Shown here in pieces: positions 55,624-64,000 of a stretch of DNA of 64,000 bases. The translations under genes and the position numbers were made by a program. A model generated the notes under the pieces. The model was given only the letters and a program-made list of their open reading frames with translations. It did no database searches and was not told where the DNA came from. Each line of letters opens with the position of its first letter. Positions within the stretch are counted from its first letter, which is position 1. The stretch comes from Candidatus Saccharimonadota bacterium (GTDB taxonomy: Bacteria; Patescibacteriota; Saccharimonadia; Saccharimonadales; Saccharimonadaceae), in contig JAFXKT010000002.1 of the NCBI GenBank assembly GCA_017531585.1, positions 70,203 through 134,202 on the forward strand. Reading direction: 5' to 3'.

Positions 55624-56233
55624 AGCTAAAAACGGCTCTAGGGCCGGCAGAAGTTCGGCTCAAAGAAACGTACCAGCAAAGCGCAACGGATATAAAGTTC
55701 CGGAGGCTTTGCCAACAAAAAGATACAAAGAACCTAGCTTTTCAAAACTACGCCAAGTAGTTTTTCGTAAAAAACCAGAAATTCGTGAAATCGTACGCGA
55801 ACCAACCGCTGGCGGCATTGTTTTTCGTCCAACCGCTGATGGTAAGGATATTGAAATTCTTTTAATCCAAGATAGCAAAAACCGTTGGACAATTCCAAAG
55901 GGCCATATTGAACCAGGAGAAACTGCGAAAGTTACTGCAGTTCGCGAAATCGGTGAAGAGTCTGGCCTAAAGGATGTCGAAGTATTGTGCTGGCTTGGCA
56001 AGATTCATTTCAAATATCGCCGCGCCGAAAAACTTGTTCTTATGACAACTCAGGTATATCTCGTTGAGTCCATGGACAAGAATGAAAGGCCAACCAAGGA
56101 AAAATGGATGAATGGTATCCGTTGGTTTAGCTTTAGTGAAGCACTTGATGCGATCGAATATGCGGATATTGAAAAGCTAATGCTTATTGCAAAACGCAAA
56201 ATTCGTAACGGAGAATTTGATGGACAAAAGTAG
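55550..56233 (+). CDS. NUDIX hydrolase with about 75-aa K/R-rich N-terminal extension
   Basis: Nudix box [23 protein letters not shown]. The only ATG (55550) is preceded by SD GGAGAGG at 9 nt and lies 74 nt inside nusB. Confidence 0.8.
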   Translation: MQNQKKQLKRRLNQQIPRKNQAKPKAKNGSRAGRSSAQRNVPAKRNGYKVPEALPTKRYKEPSFSKLRQVVFRKKPEIREIVREPTAGGIVFRPTADGKDIEILLIQDSKNRWTIPKGHIEPGETAKVTAVREIGEESGLKDVEVLCWLGKIHFKYRRAEKLVLMTTQVYLVESMDKNERPTKEKWMNGIRWFSFSEALDAIEYADIEKLMLIAKRKIRNGEFDGQK

Positions 56234-56987
56234 CTTAGATGAATACAAAAGTTTCGCTAAGGAAAAACTGGGAATCCAATTTTCAAATATCGACCTATTA
56301 GTTACCGCACTTACGCACCGTTCCTATGTAAACGAACACAAGAAGACAACCGTCATTCACAACGAGCGCCTAGAATTCTTGGGCGATGCCGTCCTGGAGC
56401 TCGTTGTGTCAGACTTTCTATTTCACTCGTTTGATCAGCCAGAAGGTATTATGACTAGCTGGCGTGCCGCACTTGTTAATACGGAAGCTAACGCCGCTGC
56501 GGGCGAAAGACTTGGATATAATCCGCTAGTCCGCCTCAGTAAGGGTGAAAAGAATGGCTCCGAACGCGCTCGTCACGTTATCTTGGCAGACTGCTATGAA
56601 GCTATTATCGGTGCAATCTACGAAGATAAAGGTTACGAAGAGGCGGAGAAGTTTATCTATAAAAACAGCCTCGTTCCAGCTATTGATAAGATTTTGAACG
56701 AAGAAAGCTGGCGAGATCCAAAGTCTCATCTTCAGGAACTTGCGCAGAAGATTGATGGGGTTACTCCAATCTATCGCGTCATGAAGGAAGAAGGTCCAGA
56801 TCACGATAAGCTCTTCACGCTTGGTGTATATATCGGCGAGCATCTAAAAGCTACAGGTGTAGGCCATAGCAAACAGGAAGCTCAGGTGAATGCGGCTGCT
56901 GAAACTATTAGAAAATACCGCAAAACTCATCCAAGTGCTGCTCAGCCAATTGTTCCAGAACGAAAACCATATAAATGGGCAAAATAA
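56220..56987 (+). CDS. rnc: Ribonuclease III
   Basis: ERLEFLGDAVLELVV signature and C-terminal dsRBD. ATG 56220 after SD GGAG is preferred over 56187. 14-nt overlap with the NUDIX gene. Confidence 0.9.
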   Translation: MDKSSLDEYKSFAKEKLGIQFSNIDLLVTALTHRSYVNEHKKTTVIHNERLEFLGDAVLELVVSDFLFHSFDQPEGIMTSWRAALVNTEANAAAGERLGYNPLVRLSKGEKNGSERARHVILADCYEAIIGAIYEDKGYEEAEKFIYKNSLVPAIDKILNEESWRDPKSHLQELAQKIDGVTPIYRVMKEEGPDHDKLFTLGVYIGEHLKATGVGHSKQEAQVNAAAETIRKYRKTHPSAAQPIVPERKPYKWAK

Positions 56988-56996
56988 TAAAATAAA

Positions 56997-57032
56997 GAGA
57001 GTTCATGTAGTTTCATGACTCCCTTTGTTTTT
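56997..57032 (+). terminator. Intrinsic terminator of rnc
   Basis: GAGAGTTCATG-TAGTTT-CATGACTCCC imperfect stem followed by TTTGTTTTT. Confidence 0.65.
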
Positions 57033-57060
57033 AGCTAAGTAAAGTACCTGGAATATAGGC

Positions 57061-57204
57061 TTTAACTTGCCATTTTGGAAAGTTTATACGCTAGAGCGGA
57101 ATAGTCTAATCTGTTTAAACTTGCCAATTTGGAAAGCTAATGAGTATATAGAAAAACGAATAGAGTTCGAACCGATAGGCATCTCTTGAAAATTTGGCCA
57201 AAAT
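57061..57204 (+). repeat. Three copies of a -35-plus-spacer-like motif TTGmmA(A/T)TTTGG upstream of rpsP
   Basis: TTTAACTTGCCATTTTGGAAAG (57061-57082), TTTAAACTTGCCAATTTGGAAAG (57114-57136), CTTGAAAATTTGGCCAAAAT (57185-57204). Confidence 0.6.
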
Positions 57205-57214
57205 TTGATATAAT
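57186..57214 (+). promoter_or_regulatory. Consensus-like promoter of rpsP
   Basis: TTGAAA, 17-nt spacer, TGaTATAAT (TATAAT at 57209-57214). The leader carries SD AGGAG. Confidence 0.7.
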
Positions 57215-57246
57215 ATAAGAATATTATTAATTATTAGGAGAGATTA

Positions 57247-57594
57247 ATGCTCGCGATTCGCTTACAGCGTAATGGTCGTAAAGCTTTGCCGCTTTATCGA
57301 ATAGTCGTCCAAGAAGCGCAACGCCACCCTCTTTCGGGTCGTATTGTTGCTCAGGTCGGCAGCTACAACCCACATACAAAAGCAACCACTTTGGATAAGG
57401 AAGCCGCTCAGAAATATTTGAACAACGGCGCCCAGCCAAGCACTCGTGTTGCTCGCATCCTTGAAGCCGAAGGTATCAAGATGCCAAAATGGTACAAGAA
57501 AGCTGGTGAAAAGCATGCTACTGCAAAGCACGCAGACAAGCTACGCAAGAACCAGCCAAAAGAAGAAGCTGAAGAAGCCCCAGCTGAGGCTTAA
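57247..57594 (+). CDS. rpsP: 30S ribosomal protein S16 with basic/acidic C-terminal extension
   Basis: MLAIRLQRNGRKALPLYRIVVQEAQRHPLSGRIVAQVGSYNP, canonical S16. Confidence 0.9.
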   Translation: MLAIRLQRNGRKALPLYRIVVQEAQRHPLSGRIVAQVGSYNPHTKATTLDKEAAQKYLNNGAQPSTRVARILEAEGIKMPKWYKKAGEKHATAKHADKLRKNQPKEEAEEAPAEA

Positions 57595-57605
57595 TAAGTT
57601 CAAAG

Positions 57606-57637
57606 AATATGCTCTACGTAACGGAGCATATTTTTTG
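57606..57637 (+). terminator. Intrinsic terminator of rpsP
   Basis: AATATGCTC-TACGTAACG-GAGCATATTTTTT. Confidence 0.85.
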
Positions 57638-57695
57638 TGGCAAAAAATAACCCCGAGCGACTGACATAACAGTCTAAGTGCTAAAATAAAAGCAT

Positions 57696-58061
57696 ATGGC
57701 ACAACCAGAAGTATTTAAAGAAAAAACAAAAACTCCAGCCAAAACATTGATGGTTATAGGTGCGACACCATTCGTACTATTACTTGCTTACGCTACGATG
57801 AGTGCATTCGGTGGCATTACGGTTCCGTTCTTCGGCAATCAGAAGCCAAGCTTCGGTATGGATGCGTTTCAATTTGCTTTTATGTTTCCACTAATCTTTA
57901 TGTGGCCAATCTTTGTTGTTGCGGCTGCAATATTTATTCTTGGGTTAGTCCGTCATATTTTAGATAAACGTAAGAGCTCAAATAATGGTGAACATAGAGT
58001 TTACTATAGCGAAAAGGGCTCAAAAGAAAAATCGCATAAGGTGTACTATCGCAAGAAATAA
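57696..58061 (+). CDS. Hypothetical small membrane protein
   Basis: 121 aa with 2-3 TM segments. TGCTAAAAT box 8 nt upstream of the ATG. Confidence 0.5.
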   Translation: MAQPEVFKEKTKTPAKTLMVIGATPFVLLLAYATMSAFGGITVPFFGNQKPSFGMDAFQFAFMFPLIFMWPIFVVAAAIFILGLVRHILDKRKSSNNGEHRVYYSEKGSKEKSHKVYYRKK

Positions 58062-58133
58062 AGAGTAGACTCACATTTTTAAGCAAAACCATATATAATA
58101 TCCTTATAAAAACTAAAATTTAATGGAGAACCT

Positions 58134-58520
58134 ATGGCTACTATAGACCAGCAATTTGTCGAGTATATCGTAAAGACCCTCGTCAACAATCCAGACAAAG
58201 TTAAGATCGACCGCACAATCGACGAAAAAGGTGTATTGCTAAGCTTGGAAGTTGATCCTGAAGATGTAGGCCGCATTATTGGTCGCCGTGGTGCAACCGC
58301 ACAAAGCATCCGTACATTGCTTCGTGCCCTTGGTACAAAGAACGATGCTCGTTACAACCTAAAGATTATAAACAACGATGGTTTCGAAGGCAAAGAAAAG
58401 GCAGACGATACCGCTGCTGATGACAGCTTTGCAAGCGATGAAGAAGCTACAGAGGAAACCAGCGAACTTGCAAAAAAGACGCGTCAAGAACTTGCAGACT
58501 TGGACGATCTTGATATATAA
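58134..58520 (+). CDS. KH-domain RNA-binding protein (YlqC/UPF0109-like) with acidic C-terminal tail
   Basis: LVNNPDKVKID...LEVDPEDVGRIIGRRGATAQSIRTLL (GxxG KH motif). SD GGAG. Confidence 0.8.
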   Translation: MATIDQQFVEYIVKTLVNNPDKVKIDRTIDEKGVLLSLEVDPEDVGRIIGRRGATAQSIRTLLRALGTKNDARYNLKIINNDGFEGKEKADDTAADDSFASDEEATEETSELAKKTRQELADLDDLDI

Positions 58521-58605
58521 TACTGTTAATGCTTAACAACAACGAGCATTAAGCTAACTGCGAGGTCAGCTTTACATATACATAAAGTTGAGAGCTTATA
58601 TGCTT

Positions 58606-58637
58606 AAAAACCACCCACCTACCCAATGGGTGGTTTT
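58606..58637 (+). terminator. Intrinsic terminator of the KH-protein gene
   Basis: AAAAACCACCCA-CCTACCCA-ATGGGTGGTTTTT. Confidence 0.8.
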
Positions 58638-58662
58638 TAGGGTCTTAAAATTTTCGAAGCAC

Positions 58663-58694
58663 AAAAATACTCCCCGTAATTCGAGGAGTATTTT
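58663..58694 (-). terminator. Intrinsic terminator of the 692-aa membrane protein gene
   Basis: Minus strand AATACTCC-TCGAATTACG-GGGAGTATT followed by TTTGTG. Confidence 0.75.
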
Positions 58695-58697
58695 GCT

Positions 58698-60776
58698 TTA
58701 AGCCTGTGGTTGATTCTGGTTCGGGTCTTGCGGCTGGGCTGGCGTCTGGTTATTTTCTTTGTTTGCTAGTCTGTAGAAGCCGATAATTACCGCCACGATA
58801 ATAACAAGACCAAGGATAATGAACCAAAGCGCGGTGTTGCTGCCAGTAATAGATAGTAGTTGTAGCAAGATAGTAGCGATTGCGAAACCCTGCAAAACTT
58901 TCCATTTGCGCATCATACCTACGATCAATACGCCGAGGTTCACTAAAACGCCTACAAGTGCCACTACGGCTAGTCCGCCATTCTCATAGCTTGTGTCGAC
59001 CATGTTTGGGAAATAGATGAGCTCAAACAATACATATGCCGTAATTAACAAAGCATTTGGCGTTGTTTCTTTCTTTGAAATGGTATTTAGTGAACCGTGC
59101 GCGAGCATTGCGATTGGGATTGCTTCTGCGGCAAGGAATGAAAGCATGACGGATGTATTTTTCTCGAACGTTGCTGCGGTGTGAAGAAGCATGATTGCTA
59201 GCTGATAGAACATCAGCTTAATAATGGCTAGCTCATTAGTGATGCATGCCAAAATCATTAACGAAATCAAGCTCATGCCTGTAGGGATAAGGAAAAATGC
59301 ATTTTGTTGATCGATGCTTGCCTGAATCATGAAATTGGATAAACAAAGAGCTAGAAGTAATCCGACTACGCCAAATAGAGCTTCCTGCTTGTCTTTCTTG
59401 TGATTCGTGAAGTAAATGAATGGCGCAAGGAAGCAAAGGACCGAGAAGGCGATAATGAAAATAGGCGCAAGTCCAACATCGCTACTGCGAAGATTGAAGA
59501 ACGATACAATAAATAACACGGTAGGGCTAAGCCATAAACTTGACTTATCCAAGAAGAACATTGCGATACCGACGAGACTACATAGGGTTAGTGCTATTCC
59601 GCCCAAAGTTAGGTCGAAGCTGCTATATGAGCCAACCCACTTCATTACGTTGTCGAAATATTTGTAGGCAACAAATGAGCTAGCTACTGCGGAAAGACAA
59701 ATAATTGAGCGCTCTAGTGTGCGGCTATGCTCGTCTTTGTTTGCGACCATCATTATTCCGGAGATGATGCACTGGATAAGCGACGAAGCAAGAACGACGA
59801 CGGAAATTACGTTTGTTTGATCGCGGTACGGGTCGCATGTTGCACAAATATCTATTGATATAACAATTGCGGCAACCTGAGCGAGTGCGCGAAGCACTGG
59901 GATGGATGCTTTTTCTTTTCCGATAAACTTCGAGAAGACATAGTTAAAGAATAGGAAGCAGATAGCAGTAGTGGCGGAAAAATGTGAAGCTGCTAGGAGG
60001 CTAGGAATCATAACCAAAGGAACAATCTGGTAGATGAAAGCGAAGTTCATTACGCTACGGCGCATTGATTGCGGAACAAAGAGAGCTTTGCTCTTCCAGA
60101 GATATATTAATAGGGTCGAAAGCAGCGAGAAGATGATGGTAAGGATAAGCAGCGCAGGTTCGATTTTGAGCCCATCGTCTAGATCTTCAAAGAAAGCGAT
60201 GATTGACGTAATTAGGAAGCCAAAGAACGCAAAAACGCAGTGCCAATACTTGGAATCATTGAATATAATAGCGGAAATCAGTGAAACAAAAGTGATGCTT
60301 GCAAAGATTATGAGACTGGAACTTGCGACAGAAATATCATAGGCGTCGAGAGATGGCCACCAGAACAAGAACATTATAAGAGCAGAGATATTGAATGCTA
60401 TTGCTGCCGGCTTTAAGAAATTGACGTATTTGTACATTAAGATGCTTGCTAGCGCCGTTAATAATGTAATAGTAATAACGGTTGGTGGAACAAGCATTGT
60501 GTCGATACTAGAAAGGTAAGCAGTAACGGCAGAAATAAAAATGAATGAGCCTATATATAGAAATATATTCAAAGACCTATATTTGGACTTCAATTGAGCC
60601 TCTTCTGGAGAAAGCTGCGCTTGGGCACTATTATTATTTCTCCTAAGAGTCAAAGAATTCTTGGCTCGATCGAATAATTCTGCAATAATACCCGATTGTC
60701 CATTATTGCTTCGCTGATTTAAATATATGGTAATCAGCACCACCATGATACTTGCTATAAAGACAGCAAAACCCAT
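58698..60776 (-). CDS. Large polytopic membrane protein, unknown function
   Basis: 692 aa with more than 18 hydrophobic segments and a C-terminal NNQTPAQPQDPNQNQPQA tail. SD GGGAGAG. Confidence 0.7.
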   Translation of the reverse strand: MGFAVFIASIMVVLITIYLNQRSNNGQSGIIAELFDRAKNSLTLRRNNNSAQAQLSPEEAQLKSKYRSLNIFLYIGSFIFISAVTAYLSSIDTMLVPPTVITITLLTALASILMYKYVNFLKPAAIAFNISALIMFLFWWPSLDAYDISVASSSLIIFASITFVSLISAIIFNDSKYWHCVFAFFGFLITSIIAFFEDLDDGLKIEPALLILTIIFSLLSTLLIYLWKSKALFVPQSMRRSVMNFAFIYQIVPLVMIPSLLAASHFSATTAICFLFFNYVFSKFIGKEKASIPVLRALAQVAAIVISIDICATCDPYRDQTNVISVVVLASSLIQCIISGIMMVANKDEHSRTLERSIICLSAVASSFVAYKYFDNVMKWVGSYSSFDLTLGGIALTLCSLVGIAMFFLDKSSLWLSPTVLFIVSFFNLRSSDVGLAPIFIIAFSVLCFLAPFIYFTNHKKDKQEALFGVVGLLLALCLSNFMIQASIDQQNAFFLIPTGMSLISLMILACITNELAIIKLMFYQLAIMLLHTAATFEKNTSVMLSFLAAEAIPIAMLAHGSLNTISKKETTPNALLITAYVLFELIYFPNMVDTSYENGGLAVVALVGVLVNLGVLIVGMMRKWKVLQGFAIATILLQLLSITGSNTALWFIILGLVIIVAVIIGFYRLANKENNQTPAQPQDPNQNQPQA

Positions 60777-60995
60777 ATCTCTCCCATCAATTAACTAATT
60801 AAATTCTAATGCTTAATTCGTAAACTTTCAAGCCACAGACAGGCCCAAAATCTACTTGAAGTATTCAAAAAAATACTGTAAAATCTTACCAAGAAGTAGT
60901 GTGCTCCGAGTTATTTTTATGCAAGTCCTGGCAAGATTAGTGCAGGGCTCGGGGCGGTAATCTTCGCGCCAAGAAAGATATCAAACACTAAATAA

Positions 60996-63900
60996 ATGCG
61001 AGGGAATGTGGCAGAAGTAAAAACTGCAAAGAGTGGTGGCCGCGTGAGTTTCACCGAAGGCGACCAAGTTCTTCCAATACCAAACCTAATCGAACATCAA
61101 ACAAAATCCTGGAAAGAGTTCGTAGACTACGGGCTTCGGGAAGTTTTTGAGGAATTGAATCCTATCGAAGACTACACCGGAACCAAGTTTAGTCTTAGCT
61201 TCAAAGATTATTACTTCAAGGATCCAGTAGAAACTGATCGCGAAGCAAAAGATAATCTTACTACCTACGAAGCTGCTCTACATGTTAATGTTGAGCTCAA
61301 GAACAAAGTTACTGGCGAAGTAAAAGAGCAGGACATCTATTTTGGTGACTATCCATGGATGACTGACCGCGCTAGCTTTGTTATTAAAGGTACCGAACGC
61401 GTCATCGTTTCTCAGCTAATTCGTTCTGCTGGTGTTTTCTTCCAGGCAGATAAAGTTGGCCTAAAGAAATATTATGGTGCCAAAATCATTCCTGGCCGTG
61501 GTGCATGGCTAGAATTTGAGACCGATACCAAGGGCGTAATCTATGTTAAGATTGACCGCCGCAAGAAGGTCCCAGTAACAACTCTTCTTCGTGCTCTAGG
61601 CCGCAAAAAGAGCGAAATCGTCAAGGATTTCAAAGACATTGATAATGGCGAAGTCCACTACATCGAGAACACACTAGAAAAAGATCCATCCGACAGCCAG
61701 AGCTCAGCTCTTCTTGAGATCTTCAAGCGTCTTCGCCCAGGCGATCTTGCTACTGTCGAGAACGCACGCGAGCTTATCAAGAAGACTTTCTGGGATTACA
61801 AGCGCTATGATTACAGCCGTGTTGGCCGCTATAAAATCAACCAGCGCCTAGGTTTTGATACTCCAAACGAACCAGAGTTCCGTACTCTTCAGATGAATGA
61901 CCTTATTGCTATTATTAGCGAAATCATTCGCCTCAATAATACTCAGGATCCAGAAGACGATATCGACTCCCTAGCAAACCGCCGCGTCAAACTCGTTGGT
62001 GAGCTTGTTCAGCGCCAGTTCCGCCTTGGCATGCTTCGCTTGCAGCGTAATATCTTGGACCGCATGTCTATGAGCGATCCAGCGACAGTTACTCCTTCGC
62101 AACTCGTTAACTCTCGCCCAGTCGTTGCTGCAGTTAAGGAATTCTTCTCCAGCTCACAGCTAAGCCAGCTCATGAATGATACCAACCCATTCGCAGAGCT
62201 TTCTCACAAGCGCCGTCTATCCAGCATGGGTCCTGGTGGTCTTACTCGTGAACGCGCTGGTCTTGAAGTACGCGATACGCACCCAACTCACTATGGTCGT
62301 ATTTGTACTGTTGAGACTCCAGAAGGTCAGAACGTCGGCCTCGTGCTTAACATTGCAACTTATGCCAAGATTAACGAATATGGCTTCCTCGAAGCTCCAT
62401 ATCGTGTCGTTAAGGATGGTAAGGTTACTGACGAAGTAGTTTACGTTGATGCTGCTGAAGAAGAAAAGATGGTTATTGCTGATACTAGCGCAAAGCTAGA
62501 CAAAGATGGCCGCTTCGTTGATCAGTACGTATCTGCTCGTAAAGCTCTACAGCCAACTCAGGTTGAAGCCTCGGAAGTTACTCACATGGATGCCGCACAC
62601 AAGGAAATTCTTGGTGTTGCCGCTTCTATGATTCCATTCGTAGAGAAGTCTCGTGTTGACCGCTCTCTCATGGCCTGCGCTATGCAGAAACAGGCAGTCC
62701 CACTAATCAAGACTGAAGCTGCTCGCGTATCTACCGGTATCGACGCAGAGGTTGTAAAGAACCTATCTCAGGTTGTCTTCGCTGAAGCTGACGGTACCGT
62801 TACAAAGGCAGATTCTAATGTTGTTGAAGTTAAATACGGTAAAGAAACCAAGAGCTACCCACTAACTCACTTCGAAAAGACAAACGATGATCGTTGTTAT
62901 GACGAGCATTGTGTTGTTGATCGCGGTCAGAAAGTTAAGAAGGGTGATGTTCTCATCGAGGGCGCTTCCATTGATCATGGCGAGCTCGCACTTGGTAAGA
63001 ATATGCTTGTTGCCTTTATGCCATGGCATGGTTTCAATATGGATGACGCTATCGTTATCTCTCGCCGCCTAGTCGAAGACGATACTCTTACAAGTATCAA
63101 TATTCGCGACTACGATGTAGAGGTTCGCGAAACTAAGCTTGGCCCAGAACAGGTTACTCGTGATATTCCTAACGTCTCTGAAGCAACTCTTCGCCACCTT
63201 GGTGAAGACGGTATCGTAATGATCGGTTCCGAAGTACGCAACGGTGATGTTCTCGTTGGTAAGATTACGCCAAAGGGTGAACAGGAACTCAGCTCTGAGG
63301 AACGCCTCCTTCGCGCAATCTTCGGCGAAAAGGCTAAGGATGTCCGCGATACTTCCGTTCGCATGAATGGTTCTGATACTGGTAAAGTTGTCGGTGTTAA
63401 GATCTTCACTCGCGAAAACGGCGATGAACTCAAATCTGGCGTTTTGATGCAGATCAAGATCTATGTTGCCGAAATGCGCAAGATCAGCGTTGGCGATAAG
63501 ATTGCTGGTCGCTACGGTAACAAGGGTGTTGTCGCACGCATTCTTCCTGTAGAAGATATGCCATTCATGGAAGATGGTACTCCAGTTGATGTAGTTCTAA
63601 ACCCTATGGGCGTACCAAGCCGCATGAACCTCGGTCAGCTTTACGAAACTCACCTTGGTATGGCAGCTCGCGCACTTGGCTACAATGTTACGACTCCATC
63701 TTTCAACTCTGTATCAGATGAAACCATCTCCGAACAGCTCGAAAAGGCTGGTATCGCACGTGATGGTCGCGTCAAGCTTTATGATGGCCAGACTGGCGAA
63801 CCATTCGAGGAACGCATCACCGTCGGTGTCATGTATATGCTCAAGCTACACCACATGGTAGCAGACAAGATTCACGCTCGTTCTACTGGTCCATACACAA

Positions 63901-64000
63901 TGGTTACTCAGCAGCCACTTGGTGGTAAGGCTCAGAACGGTGGTCAGCGCTTTGGTGAGATGGAGGTGTGGACACTCGAAGCTTATGGTGCTGCATCTAC
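60996..64000 (+). CDS. rpoB: DNA-directed RNA polymerase beta subunit, N-terminal roughly 1000 aa (gene runs off the right edge)
   Basis: Absent from the ORF track because it is open at the edge. Manual translation gives (MRGN)VAEVKTAKSGGRVSFTEGDQVLPIPNLIEHQTKSWKEF... and ends ...GGQRFGEMEVWTLEAYGAAS. The start is ATG 60996 or GTG 61008, with a stop codon immediately upstream at 60993. Confidence 0.95.
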   Translation, partial: MRGNVAEVKTAKSGGRVSFTEGDQVLPIPNLIEHQTKSWKEFVDYGLREVFEELNPIEDYTGTKFSLSFKDYYFKDPVETDREAKDNLTTYEAALHVNVELKNKVTGEVKEQDIYFGDYPWMTDRASFVIKGTERVIVSQLIRSAGVFFQADKVGLKKYYGAKIIPGRGAWLEFETDTKGVIYVKIDRRKKVPVTTLLRALGRKKSEIVKDFKDIDNGEVHYIENTLEKDPSDSQSSALLEIFKRLRPGDLATVENARELIKKTFWDYKRYDYSRVGRYKINQRLGFDTPNEPEFRTLQMNDLIAIISEIIRLNNTQDPEDDIDSLANRRVKLVGELVQRQFRLGMLRLQRNILDRMSMSDPATVTPSQLVNSRPVVAAVKEFFSSSQLSQLMNDTNPFAELSHKRRLSSMGPGGLTRERAGLEVRDTHPTHYGRICTVETPEGQNVGLVLNIATYAKINEYGFLEAPYRVVKDGKVTDEVVYVDAAEEEKMVIADTSAKLDKDGRFVDQYVSARKALQPTQVEASEVTHMDAAHKEILGVAASMIPFVEKSRVDRSLMACAMQKQAVPLIKTEAARVSTGIDAEVVKNLSQVVFAEADGTVTKADSNVVEVKYGKETKSYPLTHFEKTNDDRCYDEHCVVDRGQKVKKGDVLIEGASIDHGELALGKNMLVAFMPWHGFNMDDAIVISRRLVEDDTLTSINIRDYDVEVRETKLGPEQVTRDIPNVSEATLRHLGEDGIVMIGSEVRNGDVLVGKITPKGEQELSSEERLLRAIFGEKAKDVRDTSVRMNGSDTGKVVGVKIFTRENGDELKSGVLMQIKIYVAEMRKISVGDKIAGRYGNKGVVARILPVEDMPFMEDGTPVDVVLNPMGVPSRMNLGQLYETHLGMAARALGYNVTTPSFNSVSDETISEQLEKAGIARDGRVKLYDGQTGEPFEERITVGVMYMLKLHHMVADKIHARSTGPYTMVTQQPLGGKAQNGGQRFGEMEVWTLEAYGAAS

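Overview
This is a densely coded, mostly plus-strand housekeeping region from a small-genome bacterium with a Gram-positive-type envelope. Supporting features are compact enzyme variants, L-LDH, sortases, ClpC/ClpP and PBP1A. The mix is reminiscent of Saccharibacteria/Patescibacteria, but I cannot establish that without a database search. I call about 53 protein-coding genes. Two are open at the window edges and absent from the ORF track: an ABC1/UbiB kinase at the left edge and rpoB at the right edge. I also call three tRNAs (Gly-GCC, Leu-UAA, Cys-GCA), a SAM-I-clan riboswitch abutting the metK start codon, and two perfect CIRCE (HrcA) operators, each overlapping the -35 to -10 region of the clpC or clpP promoter. 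There are also about 25 intrinsic terminators and a family of extended -10 promoters. The accessory content worth a second look is as follows. (1) A sortase-pilus operon at 2.5-10.2 kb, headed by a 1527-aa LPHTG-anchored B-repeat giant. (2) A second giant surface protein of 1928 aa at 26.4-32.2 kb. Near its N-terminus it carries what looks like a complete internal cell-wall sorting signal (NPDTE, TM, basic patch) followed by a second signal peptide. An orphan class B sortase lies elsewhere in the window. (3) A recurrent (TG)-TATAAT-N6/7-ATG geometry at 11 or more genes, implying widespread leaderless mRNAs. This also corrects several ORF-track starts. (4) A three-gene orphan island between metK and a tRNA pair. 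Smaller oddities include an A7 homopolymer frameshift, non-canonical tRNA elbows, a 74-nt nusB/NUDIX overlap, and a 15-bp helix in the pnp leader. I saw no CRISPR array, rRNA, transposase or integrase. All family assignments come from motif recognition by eye, with no searches run.
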